From a virus (lineage: Duplodnaviria; Caudoviricetes), in IMG/VR virus record IMGVR_UViG_3300025325_000021, positions 1 through 63,068 of that record: DNA of 63,068 nucleotides, one strand, 5' to 3'. Positions 26,167 through 35,434 of the stretch are shown here, one piece after another (the first letter of the stretch is position 1; the number at the start of each line of letters is the position of its first letter). The notes beneath the pieces are model-generated. The model searched no databases and was not told the origin of the DNA. It saw only the letters and a program-made list of their open reading frames with translations. The translations under genes were made by a program, and so were the position numbers.

Positions 26167-26484
26167 ATGGAAAAAGGAAGCAAATCAGACAGCTACAAAG
26201 CCGGCATTGAGATGCGCGCCCGCATCCTCACCGTAATCGAGCAATGGTGGAAAGAGCGCAACCGACCCCCGTCTCGCCAGGAGCTTGCCGATACCCTGGA
26301 AACCGTCCCGCAGAACGTGAATCATCACCTGCGAATCATGCGCCGCCTGGGGATAATCACCATGACCGGCAAAAAACTGAACATAATCAAGCCAGTTACA
26401 GGCGACGCCGTTGTCCCAACTGACGGAGAACAACCGACGCCAAATGATGGATGGATGAGATCCTCTTTGCCCTGGTTGTCCTAG
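26167..26484 (+). CDS. LexA-type winged-HTH DNA-binding protein without a peptidase domain
   Basis: 'RILTVIEQWWKERNRPPSRQELADTL....NVNHHLRIMRRLGII'. Confidence 0.75.
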   Translation: MEKGSKSDSYKAGIEMRARILTVIEQWWKERNRPPSRQELADTLETVPQNVNHHLRIMRRLGIITMTGKKLNIIKPVTGDAVVPTDGEQPTPNDGWMRSSLPWLS

Positions 26485-26531
26485 CGATCCGGTCAGCGCA
26501 GATCAGCCGGGAGGAAGAAGCCAAAAATAAC

Positions 26532-26561
26532 TTGCCTGAAAGTCAGAAAACATAATATAAT
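26532..26561 (+). promoter_or_regulatory. Putative promoter for the replication genes
   Basis: TTGCCT-18-TATAAT. Confidence 0.45.
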
Positions 26562-26576
26562 ATGAGCACAAGTAAA

Positions 26577-26726
26577 TGCGGAGTGGCAACCGAAAAGAAG
26601 CCGCACGGGAGTAGCGCCCCGGATAGTACCGCAAATCAGGCCGCCTTTTGGGTGAGCCTGTCGCCTTCAATCTTTCTACTATGAAGAAGCGCTACAGGCG
26701 GACAGGTTTACCCCAAAGGCGGCCTG
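26577..26726 (+). ncRNA. Structured leader with two small hairpins and a long imperfect inverted repeat
   Basis: Arms 26637-26665 and 26697-26726; loop GTAGCGC (26611) is complementary to GCGCTAC (26689). Confidence 0.5.
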
Positions 26727-26747
26727 TATTTCAGAAGGGAGAATAGT

Positions 26748-26894
26748 ATGCCAAGAATCAAGCTACGGTCAAAACTTTATCGAGCAGCCCGGCTCCTGGG
26801 TGACGTGCAAGCCGTATCGCGTGGCCCCGTCGCCATCATCAAAAGAGCAATACGCAAAAGAGCCTGGAAAGCCTGGGGGAAACTATGGAAATAA
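26748..26894 (+). CDS. Small highly basic protein (48 aa)
   Basis: GGGAG RBS; MPRIKLRSKLYRAARLLGDVQAVSRGPVAIIKRAIRKRAWKAWGKLWK; overlaps the next start. Confidence 0.6.
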   Translation: MPRIKLRSKLYRAARLLGDVQAVSRGPVAIIKRAIRKRAWKAWGKLWK

Positions 26895-27823
26895 AGACTC
26901 TCAGCAATCGGGAATTGATTAGCCTGGTAATCCGGAAATTCTCAGGGCATGAGAGGCTCCTTACCTGTCCGAGAATTTATATAGAAATGGCCGATGGCGA
27001 CCTGTACTCCGCGGTGTTCCTCAACCAGTGCGTGTACTGGTCCGACAGGGGAAAGCACGGCTGGTTCTACAAGTCAGTAAACGAATGGCAGACTGAACTG
27101 GGATCTGGATACACCCAGTACCGAGTAAACAAGATAACCGAGTTTTGGAAAGACCGCTTCATCCTGGAAACCCAGTTACGAAAAGCGCGGGGTGTCCCAA
27201 CGCAGCATTACCGCGTAAACGTCCATGCCATCGCCGCCCTGATCCTGTGGGTAAACGAGTTCGGGTTATCAAATTTTTTAATAATGGATTTTGAAAAATT
27301 TTTACAATCTGATTATGAAAAAATTTCACAATCCATTAACATAGATTACACAAAGATTACTCCAGGGAGCGCAGGCGCTCCGGAAGTCCTCACTCCTAAG
27401 GAGTTGGGGTTTGGAGATCCGGTTCCTGATTCCGGGAAGCGCGGCCCAAAAAACGCTGCCGAGGCAAAGGAGCGTATCGCCGCGGCGCTGGCGCGCAGCC
27501 AGGCTACCCAAGCCTCCGGCGCTCCTGACCTGTCCTGGCTCTCGGAGAACGTCCGCCACCTTGCCGCTGCCTTCATCCAGGCAGCAGGTGAACAGCACCG
27601 CCCGGTCAAGGATGACCGCAGCAAGTGGCGCAAGATACTGGCGCAGTGGACGGAGCTGGGGCTTACCGCTGAACAGATCGGGGAGGCAGTACTGGAGATG
27701 CGCGATAAGGGGCTGACCATCGGCGGCCCGGAGTCGGTCACCAAGACCGCCCGGGACTTACCTGCAAAAGAGCGCCAGGACGAAAAGAGTTTATTGCCGT
27801 TATTCTCTGCAAGGAGGGATTGA
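26885..27823 (+). CDS. Putative replication initiator
   Basis: 'SAVFLNQCVYWS...GWFYKSVNEWQTELG' wHTH-type N-terminus, directly before dnaB. Confidence 0.7.
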   Translation: MEIKTLSNRELISLVIRKFSGHERLLTCPRIYIEMADGDLYSAVFLNQCVYWSDRGKHGWFYKSVNEWQTELGSGYTQYRVNKITEFWKDRFILETQLRKARGVPTQHYRVNVHAIAALILWVNEFGLSNFLIMDFEKFLQSDYEKISQSINIDYTKITPGSAGAPEVLTPKELGFGDPVPDSGKRGPKNAAEAKERIAAALARSQATQASGAPDLSWLSENVRHLAAAFIQAAGEQHRPVKDDRSKWRKILAQWTELGLTAEQIGEAVLEMRDKGLTIGGPESVTKTARDLPAKERQDEKSLLPLFSARRD

Positions 27824-29175
27824 TGGACGCACCAATGTTTCCCCACAATGCCGAAGCCGAAGAGGCTTTGATCGGGTCAGTGATAATCCACCCTGCTGCT
27901 TACTGGCAGGTCGCCGGCGATGTCCAGGCGTCAGACTTTTACATCGAGCGCAACCGCTGGATGTGGGAGGCAGTTACTGTCCTGATAAAAAAGAACGTCC
28001 CCGTTGACATCATCAGCCTGTGCGACCAGATGCAGAAAGCCGGGACGCTCACCGATTCCGGGGGCGAGACCCGCATCGCTCAACTAATAAATGCCGTGCC
28101 GTCATCCATGCACGCTCAACAGTATGCGGAGATCGTCCTGGAGATGGCGCAGCGGAGGAAGATGATCGAAGTCGCCTCCGAGCTTGCCCGCACCGCGCAC
28201 CGCATGGATGAGGACTACCACGCCGGGGCAGTCAAAGCCATCGACTCCCTTGCCCCCGCTGCCGGTGCGGGCGGGGAGACGGTCACCCTGGGTGAGGCGC
28301 TTAGTGCGCTGTATGACCAGGTTCACGAGCGGATGCAAAGTCCAAGACGCGTCGGATTGCCTACCGGCTTAGTCGATCTTGACGGCCTGCTACACGGGGG
28401 TTTCGAGCCTGGATATAACATGCTGGTCGGCAGGCCCAAGATCGGCAAAAGCAAGCTGGCAAAGCAGATCGCGGTCGCCTGGGCGGAGGCCAACCATCCG
28501 GGAGCTATATTCTCGATGGAAATGAGAGCGGAAGCTGTTGTCCGGCGAATCGCCTCCGCGCGTTCCGGCGTCCAGACCTGGAAACTCAAGTCCGGGGAGC
28601 TTGACCCAGAGGACATCCCAGCGTTCATCAATGCAGTCGGGGAGCTGTCCGACCTCCCGTTGTATATCGACGACACCCCGATGATCACCGCCCCCCAGTT
28701 GCGGGGAAAGATCGCCAAGCTCAAAGCCCGACAGGGGATCGAATGGTTCGTCCTGGATTACCTGCTGCTGATGGGCGGGAAAGGCAAAAGCCAGGACGAG
28801 GAGGAGTTCTCGCAGGAGGTCTCACGCCAGATCAAGGCTATCTGCCAGGGAGAAAACCTGGTCGGGCTGATAATCAATTCAGTCACCAAAGACCAGATGG
28901 GCAACGTCACTCCCGGCCTGCGAACGCCAAGGGGCAGCGGCCAGCTAATCCATGACGTCGATGTCATGATGGTGCTGACCGAGCATCTTGCGGAGAAAGC
29001 AGCTTACTCCGATTCCCGCCTCGCCACGTTATCAGTTATCGCCAACCGAGACGGAAACGAGGGGCGAATAGACTTGGTCCGCGATCCTGACTTCCCTGTT
29101 TTCCATAGCGTCGAACTGCGAACCATGAGCAGTCCGAGCTACGGCGATGTATCACACTGGAGCAATGATCGATGA
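27820..29175 (+). CDS. dnaB: Replicative DNA helicase, DnaB family
   Basis: 'PHNAEAEEALIGS', Walker A 'GRPKIGKS', 'IFSMEM', 'LYIDDTP', 'VLDYLLLM', 'RGSGQLIHDVD'. Confidence 0.93.
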   Translation: MMDAPMFPHNAEAEEALIGSVIIHPAAYWQVAGDVQASDFYIERNRWMWEAVTVLIKKNVPVDIISLCDQMQKAGTLTDSGGETRIAQLINAVPSSMHAQQYAEIVLEMAQRRKMIEVASELARTAHRMDEDYHAGAVKAIDSLAPAAGAGGETVTLGEALSALYDQVHERMQSPRRVGLPTGLVDLDGLLHGGFEPGYNMLVGRPKIGKSKLAKQIAVAWAEANHPGAIFSMEMRAEAVVRRIASARSGVQTWKLKSGELDPEDIPAFINAVGELSDLPLYIDDTPMITAPQLRGKIAKLKARQGIEWFVLDYLLLMGGKGKSQDEEEFSQEVSRQIKAICQGENLVGLIINSVTKDQMGNVTPGLRTPRGSGQLIHDVDVMMVLTEHLAEKAAYSDSRLATLSVIANRDGNEGRIDLVRDPDFPVFHSVELRTMSSPSYGDVSHWSNDR

Positions 29176-30005
29176 CTAGCGACAGAAATACTGCTGAGCG
29201 CATCCTCACCCCGCTTGAGGTCCGGAAATGGCTCGCCCATTATTTGAAGGAATGGGAGAAAGATGAACCAGAGATCAGCGAGGGACGCAGGAAAGCCATA
29301 GTCGGTGACCTCAACCGGGCGCTGTCTGCCCCGAACCGGGAGCCGAACCGGGAGCGGCGTCTTCTCCTGGGGTGGGTCTTCTGCCGTGCAGACAAAGCGC
29401 CTCAAGAATTCTCCTCGAAGCTGCTCTCGCTTGCGGAATGGTTCGCCCTCAACCGCTGGACAGGATCACGGAAAGTAGGTGACCGATGGTCTGTGCGCTC
29501 CACCTTCCCCGCTGAGGCGCGCTGGATCGCTAACTGTGCCCTGTATGACGCCGGGCGGGTCAAGGAAAACCCCGCCTTGACGATGGCGGAGATCGAACAG
29601 TTCTGGCAGGCGCACATGTACGACATCAACCAGGACGAGGATTTTTTTATAGCCGCGATGGAGATCGGGGGCATTCCTACTGCGGCAATCACAGTCACCG
29701 TTGCGCGCTGGGTACAGCTTGACCAGGCGGGGATGGCACCTCCGGTAGCCTACGGGGGACGCGAGATCATCGCTGTTGCCAGAGACAACACGTACCCCAA
29801 CGAACAGCCGATCCGCTATATTCTGTGGTTCGGAGACAACAAAGAACCCGAAGCCCTGGGCGTGCCGGGGAATACCGTCCTGGACACTGTCCGTCAGCCC
29901 GGGGAGCTAATCGACCTTGCCGAGATCGCAAACGAGGCACCAGAAATGCTACCGGCAGTACCTCTGCCGAGGGAGACGGAGAATGAACACGTTCCTGACT
30001 GGTAA
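29172..30005 (+). CDS. Hypothetical protein
   Basis: ATGA-coupled 277-aa ORF. Confidence 0.7.
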   Translation: MTSDRNTAERILTPLEVRKWLAHYLKEWEKDEPEISEGRRKAIVGDLNRALSAPNREPNRERRLLLGWVFCRADKAPQEFSSKLLSLAEWFALNRWTGSRKVGDRWSVRSTFPAEARWIANCALYDAGRVKENPALTMAEIEQFWQAHMYDINQDEDFFIAAMEIGGIPTAAITVTVARWVQLDQAGMAPPVAYGGREIIAVARDNTYPNEQPIRYILWFGDNKEPEALGVPGNTVLDTVRQPGELIDLAEIANEAPEMLPAVPLPRETENEHVPDW

Positions 30006-30684
30006 CAAGGTTGGCGTCGCTTTGCTGTTCGATGCCATCCCGGAGTCCGAGCAACAGGAGTTTCAGGCAATCGGCGACCGCTGGGAGTACGATTACTGGC
30101 GCATCGGCGACAAGGTCAACGAATGGAAAGAAAAAGTCCGTGATCAATATCTGCCAGTCACGGATGAGCATGTGTACCGATTCATGGCGTACCTATTGGG
30201 TGACCGGATCAGGGCGCGCACCGTGCGCTACTATGCTGACGTCGCCCGCTTCTATTCCGGGGTACGATTCCAGACTAGGGACGATTATGATGTACTGACA
30301 TTTACGCATTTTGCGATCGCATCCAGAGGAGAATCATGGCTGATACTGCTCGACGCCTGCGTGGAGTATATGCACTTCCACGGCGGCAGGCGACCGACCG
30401 TGGGATGGTTGGAAAAACTGCTCGGCCAGCCAACGTCTCAACCGGAGCCGCCAAATGAATGGCGTGACGGGGACATCCTGGCGCTAGCAAATTCCGATGA
30501 CGCTATGGCGTATGATGTCATGGGGACGGGGACGATCATCCCCGCCGTCCTTGCCTCGTTTCAAAGCGCCGTGCAGCGCCTAGTCGCTAACCTGCACCGA
30601 TTCCCGATCAGCGACGAAGCCAGGCAACGCATCCAGGCTGCATCCGAGACGCTACTGGATGAGCTGAGCAAAGCACTAAGCTGA
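29983..30684 (+). CDS. Hypothetical protein
   Basis: GGAG RBS before ATG at 29983. Confidence 0.7.
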   Translation: MNTFLTGNKVGVALLFDAIPESEQQEFQAIGDRWEYDYWRIGDKVNEWKEKVRDQYLPVTDEHVYRFMAYLLGDRIRARTVRYYADVARFYSGVRFQTRDDYDVLTFTHFAIASRGESWLILLDACVEYMHFHGGRRPTVGWLEKLLGQPTSQPEPPNEWRDGDILALANSDDAMAYDVMGTGTIIPAVLASFQSAVQRLVANLHRFPISDEARQRIQAASETLLDELSKALS

Positions 30685-30807
30685 ATTGTCAATTATTGCC
30701 ATGCGCGCCCCTCCGCGGGGTATAATCCTGGCGATGCTTCCCAGTGGAGCATTTTCGTGACAAGAACCGACGCGCCTCCCTCGCGCCGGTTCTTATCATA
30801 TTGCCTC

Positions 30808-30858
30808 TTGACAATTTTTCTCAAATGGGCTATAATAAACGCATAGGACAACAGATCA
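30808..30858 (+). promoter_or_regulatory. Early promoter family copy P5
   Basis: TTGACA-17-TATAAT plus AGGACAACAGATCA. Confidence 0.85.
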
Positions 30859-30874
30859 CAAGCGGAGAAAATCA

Positions 30875-33058
30875 ATGATTGACAAAGACACAATCTCGAA
30901 AGCCCTTCAATACCTGGCCCGGATTTGCGATTATGCTGAGTCGCAGGACGGGCAGGGTTTCAACAAGTTTGATGCTGCGTTCGGCCACAGCCTGGCTGAA
31001 TATACCGCCACCGGTGGAACGCTCACCGACCGGCAGGCGACGGCGGCTCTGAGGATGCTCCTGAAATACCGGGGGCAGTTGGAGCAGGTCGGGATCAAGC
31101 TCACCACCGCCCCGGACGAACAGCCCGTGGAGCGAGTAGACCCTGGGGTAGAGCCTATCACCCCTGAGCGTTCCGCCCCTAAAAGCCCCACTACATCAAA
31201 CGCCACTGTCTGGACGGAAAACGGCAGGGCGTACGTAAAGTTTCCCGGCAAGCCGGATGAGGCGGTGCGGTCAGCGATAAAATCCATCCCCGGATGGAAA
31301 TGGCATCCTGAGCGCAATGACAAAGCCTGGTCAGTCCCGGAAGCCTCCGCCGTTGCACTGGCAGAGGTAGCCGCGGGAAAAGCGCCGGACAGCTCTCCCC
31401 AATATCAGCCACAGCCAGGAACGAAACTCCCCGCGGTGATCCTGAGCAGGGAGAACGGCACCATACTGGTACAGTTCCCGGACCCCGATGGACGGAGCGA
31501 GCGGGTCGCCAAAGTCAAGGCGCTCCCCGAGCGCAAATGGAACCCAGACAAGCCCGGTTTACCCTGGTCGGTTCCCAACCGCTACACCCTGGACTTAATC
31601 GCCATGTTCCCCGAGGCGACGGTCGATGAGGGCGTTCGGGAACTTGCCGAGCAGCAACGGGAGCTACGGGCGATGAGCAATAAAGCGCAGGGATCGAGCC
31701 TGACGGAGATCGACGGCTTGGGTGGAGTTCCTTACCCCTTCCAGTACGTCGGGGTGGAGTTCCTTGACCGGGCGAACGGACGAGCTTTAATCGCTGACCA
31801 GATGGGGCTGGGCAAGACCATCCAGGCATTGGCATGGCTGCAATTGCATCCCGAGCTGCGCCCTGCGGTGATCGTAGTCCCGGCCTCGCTCAAACTGAAC
31901 TGGCAACGGGAGATCATCCGCTGGATGAGCAAGCGGGACAAAGTCGCTATACTTGAGGGGCGCAAGACGTTCGACCCGGCGCTCACCGGCGCAGACATTT
32001 TCATCATCAATTATGACGTGTTATCACCCTGGGTCGATACTCTGGTAAAAATGAGACCCGCAGTGATGATCGCAGACGAAGCCCATTATGCCAAGAATTA
32101 TAAAGCGCAGCGCACAAAGGCGCTGGCAAAATTCGCAAAAGCGGTCGAGCGAGTGATCCTTCTCACCGGGACACCGGTCACCAACCGGCCCATTGAACTG
32201 TTCCCCCTGTTGAACATGATCGACCCTGAGGGCTGGCCCTCGTTCTTCCGCTACGCGAAGGAGTATTGCGGCGGCTACAATGACGACTACGGTTTCAACG
32301 TGGGCGGGGCGACCAACCTGGAAGACCTGCACCAGAGAATAAAGCCCTACGTAATCCGGCGCACGAAAGACCAAGTCCTGAAAGAGCTTCCACCTAAACA
32401 GCGGAACACCCTGGTAGTTCGGTTCGACGAGGCGCACCGCAAAGAATACAATGAAATGATCTATGAGGCGGCAATGGCCGCAGCCCGGACGAGCGCTGAG
32501 GCGTTGGTGTTCATCGAGAAAGCCAAGCAGGTGACCATGCGAGCCAAGATGGCGGACACCCTGGAGTGGATCAAAAACTTCTTGGAGGGCGGCGACAAAC
32601 TGGTAGTCTTCGCAGTACACCACGAGACGGTTGACGCTATTATGCGAGAATTCCCCGGCAGCGCAGTCAGACTCACTGGACGGGAGAATCTCCAGGAGCG
32701 GCAGGAAGCGGTTGACGCCTTCCAGAACGACCCGAGAATCCAGCTCTTCGTCGGCAACATCAAAGCCGCCGGGGTAGGAATCACGCTCACTGCTGCCAGC
32801 GATGTAGCATTTGTCGAGTTTGTATGGACGCCCGGAGATCACGACCAGGCCGAGGACCGGACGCACCGCATTGGTCAGACAGGCAGTGTCACAGCATGGT
32901 ACATCGTAGCTGAGGGCACCATCGAGGAAACAATCGTCAGATTGATCGAGAGCAAACGGCAGGTGATTGACACCATCCACGACGGCAAAGTCGGGGAGCT
33001 GGAGTTCTCGGTCGCCGGGGAGCTAATCAAGGAAATTGCAAGCGAGGCCAAACGATGA
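30875..33058 (+). CDS. SNF2-family ATPase (SMARCAL1/HARP-like annealing helicase)
   Basis: 'ADQMGLGKT', 'DEAH', 'LTGTPVTNRP', 'GVGITLTAA', 'QAEDRTHRIGQ'; two N-terminal 'KW.P....WSVP' HARP-like repeats. Confidence 0.9.
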   Translation: MIDKDTISKALQYLARICDYAESQDGQGFNKFDAAFGHSLAEYTATGGTLTDRQATAALRMLLKYRGQLEQVGIKLTTAPDEQPVERVDPGVEPITPERSAPKSPTTSNATVWTENGRAYVKFPGKPDEAVRSAIKSIPGWKWHPERNDKAWSVPEASAVALAEVAAGKAPDSSPQYQPQPGTKLPAVILSRENGTILVQFPDPDGRSERVAKVKALPERKWNPDKPGLPWSVPNRYTLDLIAMFPEATVDEGVRELAEQQRELRAMSNKAQGSSLTEIDGLGGVPYPFQYVGVEFLDRANGRALIADQMGLGKTIQALAWLQLHPELRPAVIVVPASLKLNWQREIIRWMSKRDKVAILEGRKTFDPALTGADIFIINYDVLSPWVDTLVKMRPAVMIADEAHYAKNYKAQRTKALAKFAKAVERVILLTGTPVTNRPIELFPLLNMIDPEGWPSFFRYAKEYCGGYNDDYGFNVGGATNLEDLHQRIKPYVIRRTKDQVLKELPPKQRNTLVVRFDEAHRKEYNEMIYEAAMAAARTSAEALVFIEKAKQVTMRAKMADTLEWIKNFLEGGDKLVVFAVHHETVDAIMREFPGSAVRLTGRENLQERQEAVDAFQNDPRIQLFVGNIKAAGVGITLTAASDVAFVEFVWTPGDHDQAEDRTHRIGQTGSVTAWYIVAEGTIEETIVRLIESKRQVIDTIHDGKVGELEFSVAGELIKEIASEAKR

Positions 33059-33366
33059 AAATCCCCTGCCTTAGCTTGACGCTCGGACAACAAGGCGGGA
33101 TCGGTAATCCGCCAGTAATCGTCCGTCTCCGGGGACGCTGGTACGCAGTGATCGATAGCCGCGATACCCGGCCACCTGCTGAGCTTGCCGAAAGGCTGGA
33201 TTATCAGCAACGGCGAAAGTCACCCTATGACCACAGTCCAGACCCTTACTGGCACCCGCAGGGGTGGGTATGGCGCAAGTGGAATAACGCTCAAGAAATC
33301 ACCTGGGCGGAGCTAGAAAGGATGGTTGACAAACATGGAAGTAAGATTGATCAAAAAAGTCGATGA
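33055..33366 (+). CDS. Hypothetical protein
   Basis: ATGA coupling. Confidence 0.55.
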   Translation: MKIPCLSLTLGQQGGIGNPPVIVRLRGRWYAVIDSRDTRPPAELAERLDYQQRRKSPYDHSPDPYWHPQGWVWRKWNNAQEITWAELERMVDKHGSKIDQKSR

Positions 33367-33541
33367 GGTCACCGGGGAAGTAACCTGGTTCGCCCAGCAT
33401 AGAGAGAAGGCCGGGCGCTGGTCTGCTGGCGTCCCGGCCAGCCCCTTCACCATCGCAGTATGGGAGGAACTGGAGCGGGTCGAAAAACTCCTGGCAGGAG
33501 TCGAGCAGGTCCTAAAAAAGAAACTCGGAGACAGACCGTGA
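33335..33541 (+). CDS. Hypothetical protein
   Basis: Coupled ORF. Confidence 0.5.
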   Translation: MEVRLIKKVDEVTGEVTWFAQHREKAGRWSAGVPASPFTIAVWEELERVEKLLAGVEQVLKKKLGDRP

Positions 33542-33741
33542 ACAAAGCTGGTTGCCCGATCTGCACTACCGATAAAGTCGCCCTTGCTGATCTGCGCCAC
33601 CACGAGCGGATCGAAAGTTGCGAGGTACACGGGAATTGGTTCGTCACCGTCTGCGATCGATGCGGACGTGCAGTTGTGAGCGACTGCGTCAATTCCTGCC
33701 GAGATTGCTATCCAGCAGGCAGTGACTACTCCACCCCGTGA
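33538..33741 (+). CDS. Small Cys-rich zinc-binding protein; C-terminus altered by the mini-IS
   Basis: GTGA coupling; CPIC, CEVH, CDRC, CRDC. Confidence 0.55.
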   Translation: MNKAGCPICTTDKVALADLRHHERIESCEVHGNWFVTVCDRCGRAVVSDCVNSCRDCYPAGSDYSTP

Positions 33742-33920
33742 ACGGGGTGGCTTCTAGGGATTGCGCCCAAGCTCTGTAGTCCCAGAGCTAAAATGTTTAT
33801 TGCGGCGTTTTCGTCTCGGTCGATTACGAGACCACAAATAACAATATTATAACACAGATTTGCGTAATATTCGCTATTCATCTCCCCCCTTTAAGGGGGG
33901 AGCCTTCTAGCATTTTTTCT
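33722..33920 (-). mobile_element. Non-autonomous IS200/IS605 derivative (199 bp): left end, -10 box, tnpB 3' remnant/omegaRNA, right end
   Basis: Hairpins CCACCCCGT-GA-ACGGGGTGG and CTCCCCCCTT-TAAGGGGGGAG. Minus strand encodes CGLVIDRDENAAINIL (TnpB RuvC-III). Boundaries are TTAC|AGAAAA and TCAC|. Confidence 0.85.
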
Positions 33921-33924
33921 GTAA

Positions 33925-34188
33925 ATGACTACTTCGGAGACCATGAGTAACCCTGCACGCTACAATGTCCGTGTACGGGTGAGGGTCAATATCCCCACAG
34001 TAAACGGGAGGATAATCCGGCGCATCACAATTCGCAAGACCCTGCGCTGCGCCTTCGCAGACCTGTTCGGGGAGGTCAGGGACTGGATGTCCGCCAGGCA
34101 TCCAAAATACACCTGCTGGTACGTGCGTTCTGTCTGGCAGCACCACGGAACGTACACCAGACGCGTGTATCTTGCCCGGGGGTTCTAA
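33925..34188 (+). CDS. Hypothetical basic protein
   Basis: ORF after the mini-IS; GGAG RBS before an internal ATG. Confidence 0.5.
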   Translation: MTTSETMSNPARYNVRVRVRVNIPTVNGRIIRRITIRKTLRCAFADLFGEVRDWMSARHPKYTCWYVRSVWQHHGTYTRRVYLARGF

Positions 34189-34197
34189 GATTGACTA

Positions 34198-34252
34198 TTG
34201 ACAAATTTTCTAATCCAGGCTATAATAAATGCGTAAGACACAGATCAGATCA
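34198..34252 (+). promoter_or_regulatory. Early promoter family copy P6
   Basis: TTGACA-17-TATAAT plus AGACACAGATCAGATCA. Confidence 0.85.
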
Positions 34253-34268
34253 AACGAGAGGCACAGAC

Positions 34269-34805
34269 ATGGCACAAGCACAGTTCACAAAGTCGGAAAT
34301 TTTCTCCTGGTTCAACCGAGCCAGGAGCGCCGCCCGCAAGGGCAACGGCGGGCTGGAAATCAAGCGCACCAACCGGGCGCTTGGCTACCTGCTCTCAGGG
34401 AAGGCGCAGGAGCACTGGGGGAAGTACGGGACGACGCTGCGCTCCTGTGGATGCCCCGACCGGGAGCATAATCGCAATATCCCCTGCAAGGGGATGGTCG
34501 CAAAAATGATCGCCAGCCGGATCGAAAGCCACCGGCCACAGCCCGAGACGATGACCGTCCGGGCGTTGATGCGGAGTTACGATCCGGTCAGCGTCTTAAA
34601 TTCACAGAACCCGCAAGAAATATTCGAACGATTGATCTGCGGCGTCGAAACCCCCAACGGCCCAATGAACGCCAACTGGCCAGCAACAGAATGGCTGGTC
34701 GATACAGTCTCCAGCGGTTGGACAGCGACCGGGGCGACGTTGCTCTCGAAGCAAGGCAGCCGGGCAGGGTTCGCCGGGTACTTCGAGATCACACTCGAGA
34801 GGTAA
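34269..34805 (+). CDS. SWIM-like zinc finger protein
   Basis: 'SCGCPD......PCKG'; GAGG RBS after P6. Confidence 0.65.
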   Translation: MAQAQFTKSEIFSWFNRARSAARKGNGGLEIKRTNRALGYLLSGKAQEHWGKYGTTLRSCGCPDREHNRNIPCKGMVAKMIASRIESHRPQPETMTVRALMRSYDPVSVLNSQNPQEIFERLICGVETPNGPMNANWPATEWLVDTVSSGWTATGATLLSKQGSRAGFAGYFEITLER

Positions 34806-34821
34806 TCATGAAAGGACATCG

Positions 34822-35256
34822 ATGAAAATCACGCGTGAATACCTCGTTGGCCTTGGCGCAAGCTGCAAACAATTGGACACATTCTCGGGCGAATGGCCGG
34901 ATGGCGCTGAGGTTACATTGGATAACTGCCTGAGGGCAGCAGAGTTGGGACTTGACCTGGATTGGCTGGCGGAGAAAATGTTTCCCGCTCGGGCGTTGGA
35001 AGCCTACCTACAGGCCACAGCCCCGGCGTTGGAAGCCTACGAGCAGGCAAAAGCCCAGGCATTGGAAGCCTACCGACAGGCAAGAGCCACGGCGTTGGAA
35101 GCCTACCGACAGGCCACAGCCCCGGCGTGGGAAGCCTTCGAGAAGGCAAGAGCCACGGCGTTGGAAGCCTACGAGCAGGCCACAGCCCCGGCGTTGGAAG
35201 CCTACCGACAGGCAAGAGCCACGGCATTTTATAAAATTTATGATGAGATCTACTAA
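34822..35256 (+). CDS. Protein with 11-aa helical tandem repeats
   Basis: AAGGA RBS; seven ALEAYxQAxAx units. Confidence 0.75.
   Translation: MKITREYLVGLGASCKQLDTFSGEWPDGAEVTLDNCLRAAELGLDLDWLAEKMFPARALEAYLQATAPALEAYEQAKAQALEAYRQARATALEAYRQATAPAWEAFEKARATALEAYEQATAPALEAYRQARATAFYKIYDEIY
34992..35224 (+). repeat. 33-bp coding tandem repeat, about 7 units
   Basis: ggcgttggaagcctac...caggc units. Confidence 0.9.
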
Positions 35257-35259
35257 CAA

Positions 35260-35303
35260 ATTGGCGGCAGGTTGACACTCGCCGTGAGACCCGCCGCCAA
35301 AAA
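35260..35303 (+). terminator. Hairpin, possible terminator
   Basis: TTGGCGGC...GCCGCCAAAAA. Confidence 0.35.
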
Positions 35304-35434
35304 GGAGATGATGCAATGCAGAGTATACCACAACTGACCTGGGACTACATCCGATTTATCATCGCCATTCCGCTGCTCACCGGGCTTTGCCTGCTGGCGG
35401 ATTGGATTTACTGGCAGGCGAAGGGAGGCAAGCC

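Noticed and set aside
26119-26484. CI/LexA repressor implying a classical temperate switch
   Set aside because: Only the DNA-binding domain is present, with no S24 peptidase. It is co-oriented with early genes and there is no divergent cI/cro pair or integrase.
32024-32980. 318-aa minus-strand ORF
   Set aside because: It is antisense to the SNF2 helicase, a typical GC-rich shadow ORF.
34992-35224. Possible CRISPR array
   Set aside because: The 33-bp units are contiguous, in frame and have no unique spacers; this is a coding tandem repeat and no cas genes are present.
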